This document shows, piece by piece, positions 60,877 to 64,000 of a DNA stretch of 64,000 nt; within the stretch, counting starts at the first letter, position 1, and the number at the start of each line of letters is the position of its first letter. Origin of the DNA: Candidatus Poribacteria bacterium (lineage in GTDB: Bacteria > Poribacteria > WGA-4E > WGA-3G); NCBI GenBank assembly GCA_965205025.1, contig CBDBFU010000013.1:192001-256000 (forward strand), given 5' to 3'. The notes beneath the pieces were generated by a model, which worked only from the letters and a program-made list of their open reading frames with translations, was not told the DNA's origin and made no database searches. Made by a program: the position numbers and the translations under genes.

Positions 60877-61853
60877 AGAAAATCCTTGTATTTAGCTTCA
60901 GTTTTATCGGTGATGCAGTATTATCCACCGCAATCATCCAACCCCTTCGAAGACATTTCTCAAATTCACATATTACCTACCTCGTTGGTCCACTCGCTGT
61001 GAACCTTCTAACCAACGATCCACAACTTGATGCCACTTTTGCTTATGACAATCGTGGGGAACATAGTGGATTAAGAGGCAGAATAAAACTCATCAGGTCA
61101 TTACGTAGTCAGAAATTCGACCTTGTCGTCAATCTGCGGGATAGTTTTATTGCACGATGTATAGGGGCAGAACATTGGGGATTAGTACGCGGTGATAGAA
61201 ATAGACATGCAGTTACACGGTATTTAGATGTTATTACTAACTATGATGTAGACATTACGGATGCACACCCACACCTACAATTAACTGAAGACGAACATTC
61301 ACAAGCATACCGTCTGCTGACAGAAGCAGGAGTAGATTCGGATAAGTTAATAATCGGTGTTCATCCGGGTGGAAATTGGAAGTATAAGTTGTGGAGTGCT
61401 GAAAAATATGCGGAGTTATCGGATCTCCTAACAAAAAAATATAATGCTACCATTTTACTATTCGCTGGTCCAAATGAACGAAAACTCCAATCCGATGTAG
61501 TAGATATGATGAATTCTCAACCCATCATCATAGATACAGATAATCTGAGAGAAGTTGCAGCGTTAATTGCGTCCTGTAATATCTATATTGGGAATGACAC
61601 TGGACCGATGCATATTGCAGCTGCGGTAGGGACACCTGTGATTTCGCTTTTCGGGTCTACGGATCACATTCGGAGTGGTCCTTATGGTGACCAGCATACG
61701 GTTATCCAGAGTGGATTGAATTTGGGGTGTAATCCGTGTCATCCGGGACAGAATCCGGGTGGGTGCGGGGCAAGCAGCTGTGCTGTGATTGATGGGATTA
61801 CAGTGGATCAGGTTTTGAAATATGTTGACTTGCTACCCATAGAAGGAATTTAA
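60873..61853 (+). CDS. glycosyltransferase family 9 (WaaF-like)
   Basis: IGDAVLS, HPGG..K.W, NDTGPMHIAAA. Confidence 0.9.
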   Translation: MKKILVFSFSFIGDAVLSTAIIQPLRRHFSNSHITYLVGPLAVNLLTNDPQLDATFAYDNRGEHSGLRGRIKLIRSLRSQKFDLVVNLRDSFIARCIGAEHWGLVRGDRNRHAVTRYLDVITNYDVDITDAHPHLQLTEDEHSQAYRLLTEAGVDSDKLIIGVHPGGNWKYKLWSAEKYAELSDLLTKKYNATILLFAGPNERKLQSDVVDMMNSQPIIIDTDNLREVAALIASCNIYIGNDTGPMHIAAAVGTPVISLFGSTDHIRSGPYGDQHTVIQSGLNLGCNPCHPGQNPGGCGASSCAVIDGITVDQVLKYVDLLPIEGI

Positions 61854-61903
61854 GAGATCCACTTTGTTAGTCCTATCCAAATAGAACTACTGAATACAAA
61901 GTA

Positions 61904-62989
61904 TCAACCTTTGTTTTTCTCCATGTTGATTTCATCAAATGTCGTTGCGGTTGCTATATCCTCAAAAAGCATATCAAGACGTGGTATACTTCGAATAGCA
62001 GAAATCTTATCTATGATTGCCTTTGGAACTGGATCAAATCGGATGTGGAGTAGTTTTAGAACATCTTCTCGTTTGGCTCGTAACTCACCTCTTTTTTCGC
62101 CTTCTTTTTTACCTTCTTTTTTACCTTGTTCAATTAGGAATTCAGCCATTGTCTGTGCCATTGCTTCTCCCTCCTCTCTATGTGAAGTTTCTTGGGATTG
62201 TTGATAAACTAAAGTCTTCAACTCATCATGTTCTTCAACGGGACGTCGGTGTAGAATTAACAGGTAAAGGTAGAAAATCGCACGCCGCCACTGTTGAGTT
62301 TTTTCAACATCAAGTGTGTCAATATGCTGTATTGCTTCTGTTATGGCAATCCGGATTTCCTCTTTTGCTGCATTTTCCTTTTGCAGAACAGTTAGCAACC
62401 ATCCAAACGGATGGTCGGTTTTGGTTAAATCTGCGGAGTCCGTTTCTTTTACACTCAGAAACAGGATTTCAAAGTTAGGGACAAAATCTACAAGTAATTC
62501 GGGCAATTCCATCAAGGTATAGAGTGATAGAGGTGTCTGCCATTTTTGTTCACCTGTATAAAATACAATCGGAATAATGGGGCGTAATCGTCTTTGACTC
62601 TTAGATATATTGTTGGATTCCCATTCGCGTCGTTGAAAATCCCATATCTGTGTCATATAGAACAGAACTCTAAAACCCATTGTTGCGTCTATCGTTGATT
62701 GGTGTTCAATAAGAATGTAAATCAGAAGTTCGTCTGTCTGTGTATCACTTTTAAATGGTACAGTATACACAAGGTCGGACTCCTGTTCTCGTAGATTGTC
62801 TGGAATGAAACTCCTGTTGATATGCACAAGTTGATTAAAATCAATATGTGGAACAAGGTGTTCAGTGACTATTTCTAACAGGCCTCGAACATTCTCTTTG
62901 TCTTCAAGTAACCATCGGGTGCTACGGTCATGGAACTGCTCTATAGGGTAATCTAAAAAAGAGAGGAACTCTGTATTTTTCATTTCCAT
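61904..62989 (-). CDS. Rpn family recombination-promoting nuclease (YhgA-like, Transposase_31)
   Basis: SFIPDNLREQESDLVY, YILIEHQS, PIIPIVFYTG, C-terminal EQGKKEG repeats. Confidence 0.88.
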   Translation of the reverse strand: MEMKNTEFLSFLDYPIEQFHDRSTRWLLEDKENVRGLLEIVTEHLVPHIDFNQLVHINRSFIPDNLREQESDLVYTVPFKSDTQTDELLIYILIEHQSTIDATMGFRVLFYMTQIWDFQRREWESNNISKSQRRLRPIIPIVFYTGEQKWQTPLSLYTLMELPELLVDFVPNFEILFLSVKETDSADLTKTDHPFGWLLTVLQKENAAKEEIRIAITEAIQHIDTLDVEKTQQWRRAIFYLYLLILHRRPVEEHDELKTLVYQQSQETSHREEGEAMAQTMAEFLIEQGKKEGKKEGEKRGELRAKREDVLKLLHIRFDPVPKAIIDKISAIRSIPRLDMLFEDIATATTFDEINMEKNKG

Positions 62990-63267
62990 AAGTAATAACT
63001 ATTGCCACCTATGTTTATTATACTGAAGAGTTGTGTAAAATGTCAATTAAACTGTGTCTATGGGGTATGTAGAGTTCTTGACATTAAAGCACTGGAAGGT
63101 ATGTTCTTCGAATCAAGATACGTTTGTAGATAAGATCGGGGATCGGAATCCCTCCTACAGAAGAGGAGAAGATCAAGAATTGGAATCTACTCCTACATGA
63201 ACCTAATGCTTAAATAGACACCTTTAGTAACATAAAGTTAACACACCTTTTGTTTTCTTACCCCAAC

Positions 63268-64000
63268 TTATCTACTCTTCAACCGAATATCACCCGTAGA
63301 AGTCTGTAACTTCAACAATTGTCCACCCCCATTTATTGAACCCCGTACCCTCTTTTTTTGCATAGTAGTTGTCAACACAGGAAAGTCTGTCGATATATCT
63401 CCTACACTTGTTTTGACATCAATATCAGCTGCAAGATTAGATGAAAGCGTCAAAACTATATCTCCAGTAGATGTCTGTATATTCCATGCATGTTGAAGCT
63501 GTGTAGGCAAATGCATCCGGATATCTCCTGTTGATGATTTGACAGAAATTGATCCTTGACAATTTGACATAGTAATGTCACCGGTGGAGGATCCCCCTGA
63601 TATCGCACCTATGATTTTTTCAAGGTGTAGATCCCCTGTCGAGGTACGCACTTGGGTTGGACCACTTACATCAATAACATCAATGTCACCAGTGGATGTT
63701 GATACTTCTAATTCACCTGTTACACCATTTACAGAAATATCATCTATACGGGTATTTAAGTCAACATCATATTCTTGTGGTATAGTTACCTGAAAATGTA
63801 TTCTAATATCATTCAGTTCATTCTGCCAAAAGTTTACTCCCCGTTGAAACTTGCCAGTAATATTTAGATCGTGACCTGTATGATCAAAAGTCACATTGAA
63901 ATCATTCAAGATGTTTTGAAGGTTGAATAAATTTTTCTTTTTATCCTTTATTATTTTTAGCTCAATTGTATCTTTTTTATGGGTCTTCACATCAATTTCA
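63268..64000 (-). CDS. DUF4097 beta-strand repeat (adhesin-like) protein, probably 5'-truncated by the window
   Basis: Repeated TSTGDI motifs; G.INGGG..L.L.TSTGDI C-terminus. Confidence 0.8.
   Translation of the reverse strand, partial: EIDVKTHKKDTIELKIIKDKKKNLFNLQNILNDFNVTFDHTGHDLNITGKFQRGVNFWQNELNDIRIHFQVTIPQEYDVDLNTRIDDISVNGVTGELEVSTSTGDIDVIDVSGPTQVRTSTGDLHLEKIIGAISGGSSTGDITMSNCQGSISVKSSTGDIRMHLPTQLQHAWNIQTSTGDIVLTLSSNLAADIDVKTSVGDISTDFPVLTTTMQKKRVRGSINGGGQLLKLQTSTGDIRLKSR

Overview
AT-rich bacterial chromosomal window. The gene repertoire suggests Candidatus Poribacteria or a relative; this is inferred from three DUF6785/DUF6784-type membrane paralogs, a sulfatase, an Rpn protein and a C-terminal 'VSPxGKxxxTWxxLK' tail. 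Housekeeping and metabolic genes include Gfo/Idh/MocA, MFS, SDR, SRAP, E1-alpha, sulfatase, GHL10, amidase, tRNA-Val/tRNA-Asp, serS, bioB, pyrK and GT9/GT1. Accessory DNA includes three MNT-HEPN fusion genes, three HicB-like/RelE-ParE-like pairs, a type III R-M system whose mod and res genes are split by about 7.3 kb of cargo, and dense nested REP/MITE-like repeats. Three highlights stand out. (1) A minus-strand four-gene operon (17775-21959) starts with a secreted Cys-rich ORF ending in an RGPP arrest-type motif, whose codons are perfectly complementary (9 nt) to the next gene's Shine-Dalgarno. It continues with a His-rich metal-binding protein, an FMN-bind-like/cytochrome b562-like fusion and a Cyc2-like monoheme cytochrome-porin. 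(2) A ~34-nt hairpin-plus-tail element occurs 13 times with compensatory stem changes, inserted into other REPs and into itself. (3) Two solitary CRISPR-repeat-like sequences each sit directly upstream of a small membrane-protein gene. All calls are by eye; no searches were run.
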